A DNA stretch of 61,686 bases, the filler included, from Choristocarpus tenellus KU-1152 (Eukaryota > Protista > Phaeophyceae): the NCBI GenBank assembly GCA_964200185.2. It is 6 parts of 6 records of this genome, joined end to end, with 100 filler letters (N's around TTAATTAATTAA, not from the genome) between each part and the next. Parts side by side here need not be neighbours in the genome. Positions count along the whole stretch, not along the records: positions 55,705 to 61,686 come from CAXNAD020009244.1; 5 more parts are not named here. The stretch is one strand, 5' to 3'. Position 1 is the first letter of the stretch. Each line of letters begins with the position of its first letter. Positions 61,639 through 61,686 of this stretch are shown here, one piece after another. Made by a program: the position numbers and the translations under genes. The notes beneath the pieces are model-generated. The model was given only the letters and a program-made list of their open reading frames with translations, ran no database searches and had not been told where the DNA came from.

Positions 61639-61686
61639 GACCCAAAGTATCTGGGGAGGGGGGGGGGGGCCTGCACCAGGGTGGCC
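61639..61686 (-). mobile_element. MITE family B right end at window end
   Basis: GACCCAAAGTATCTGGGGAGGGG..CACCAGGGTG matches the reverse complement of the family B 3' end. Confidence 0.75.

Noticed and set aside
1-61686. tRNA, rRNA, prokaryotic operons or defence systems
   Set aside because: No cloverleaf, rRNA-like segment or operon structure was seen. The only bacterial-like DNA is the decayed 7054-8002 patch.

Overview
This window is intron-rich eukaryotic nuclear DNA, most likely from a photosynthetic stramenopile resembling a brown alga. The evidence is GT-AG introns, two ASAF-type bipartite plastid presequences and scattered TTAGGG motifs. It is not one locus: six contigs (1-17473, 17574-25281, 25382-32209, 32310-47053, 47154-55604, 55705-61686) are joined by artificial 100-bp N44-TTAATTAATTAA-N44 linkers, so adjacency across linkers means nothing. 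Most short ORFs in the supplied track are spurious or are exon fragments. Genes spliced by hand: a glyoxalase/VOC-like protein; a plastid NDP kinase head-to-head with a plastid DUF1995-like protein; a possible DET1-like gene; a small membrane protein with a Cys-rich tail; a SEC14/CRAL-TRIO protein; a giant (at least 2,900 aa) protein with a 6.8-kb exon and about five cupredoxin-like domains lacking copper ligands; and a Pho87/SLC13-type transporter. Non-genic content includes two related MITE families (about 15 copies or ends), Ty1/copia relics and short interstitial telomere-like tracts. An AT-rich mosaic of bacterial gene fragments (RecD-like helicase plus Tn3-type resolvase) lies between ~91-bp direct repeats and looks like an endosymbiont-derived nuclear insertion. 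All family assignments come from motif recognition by eye, not database searches.
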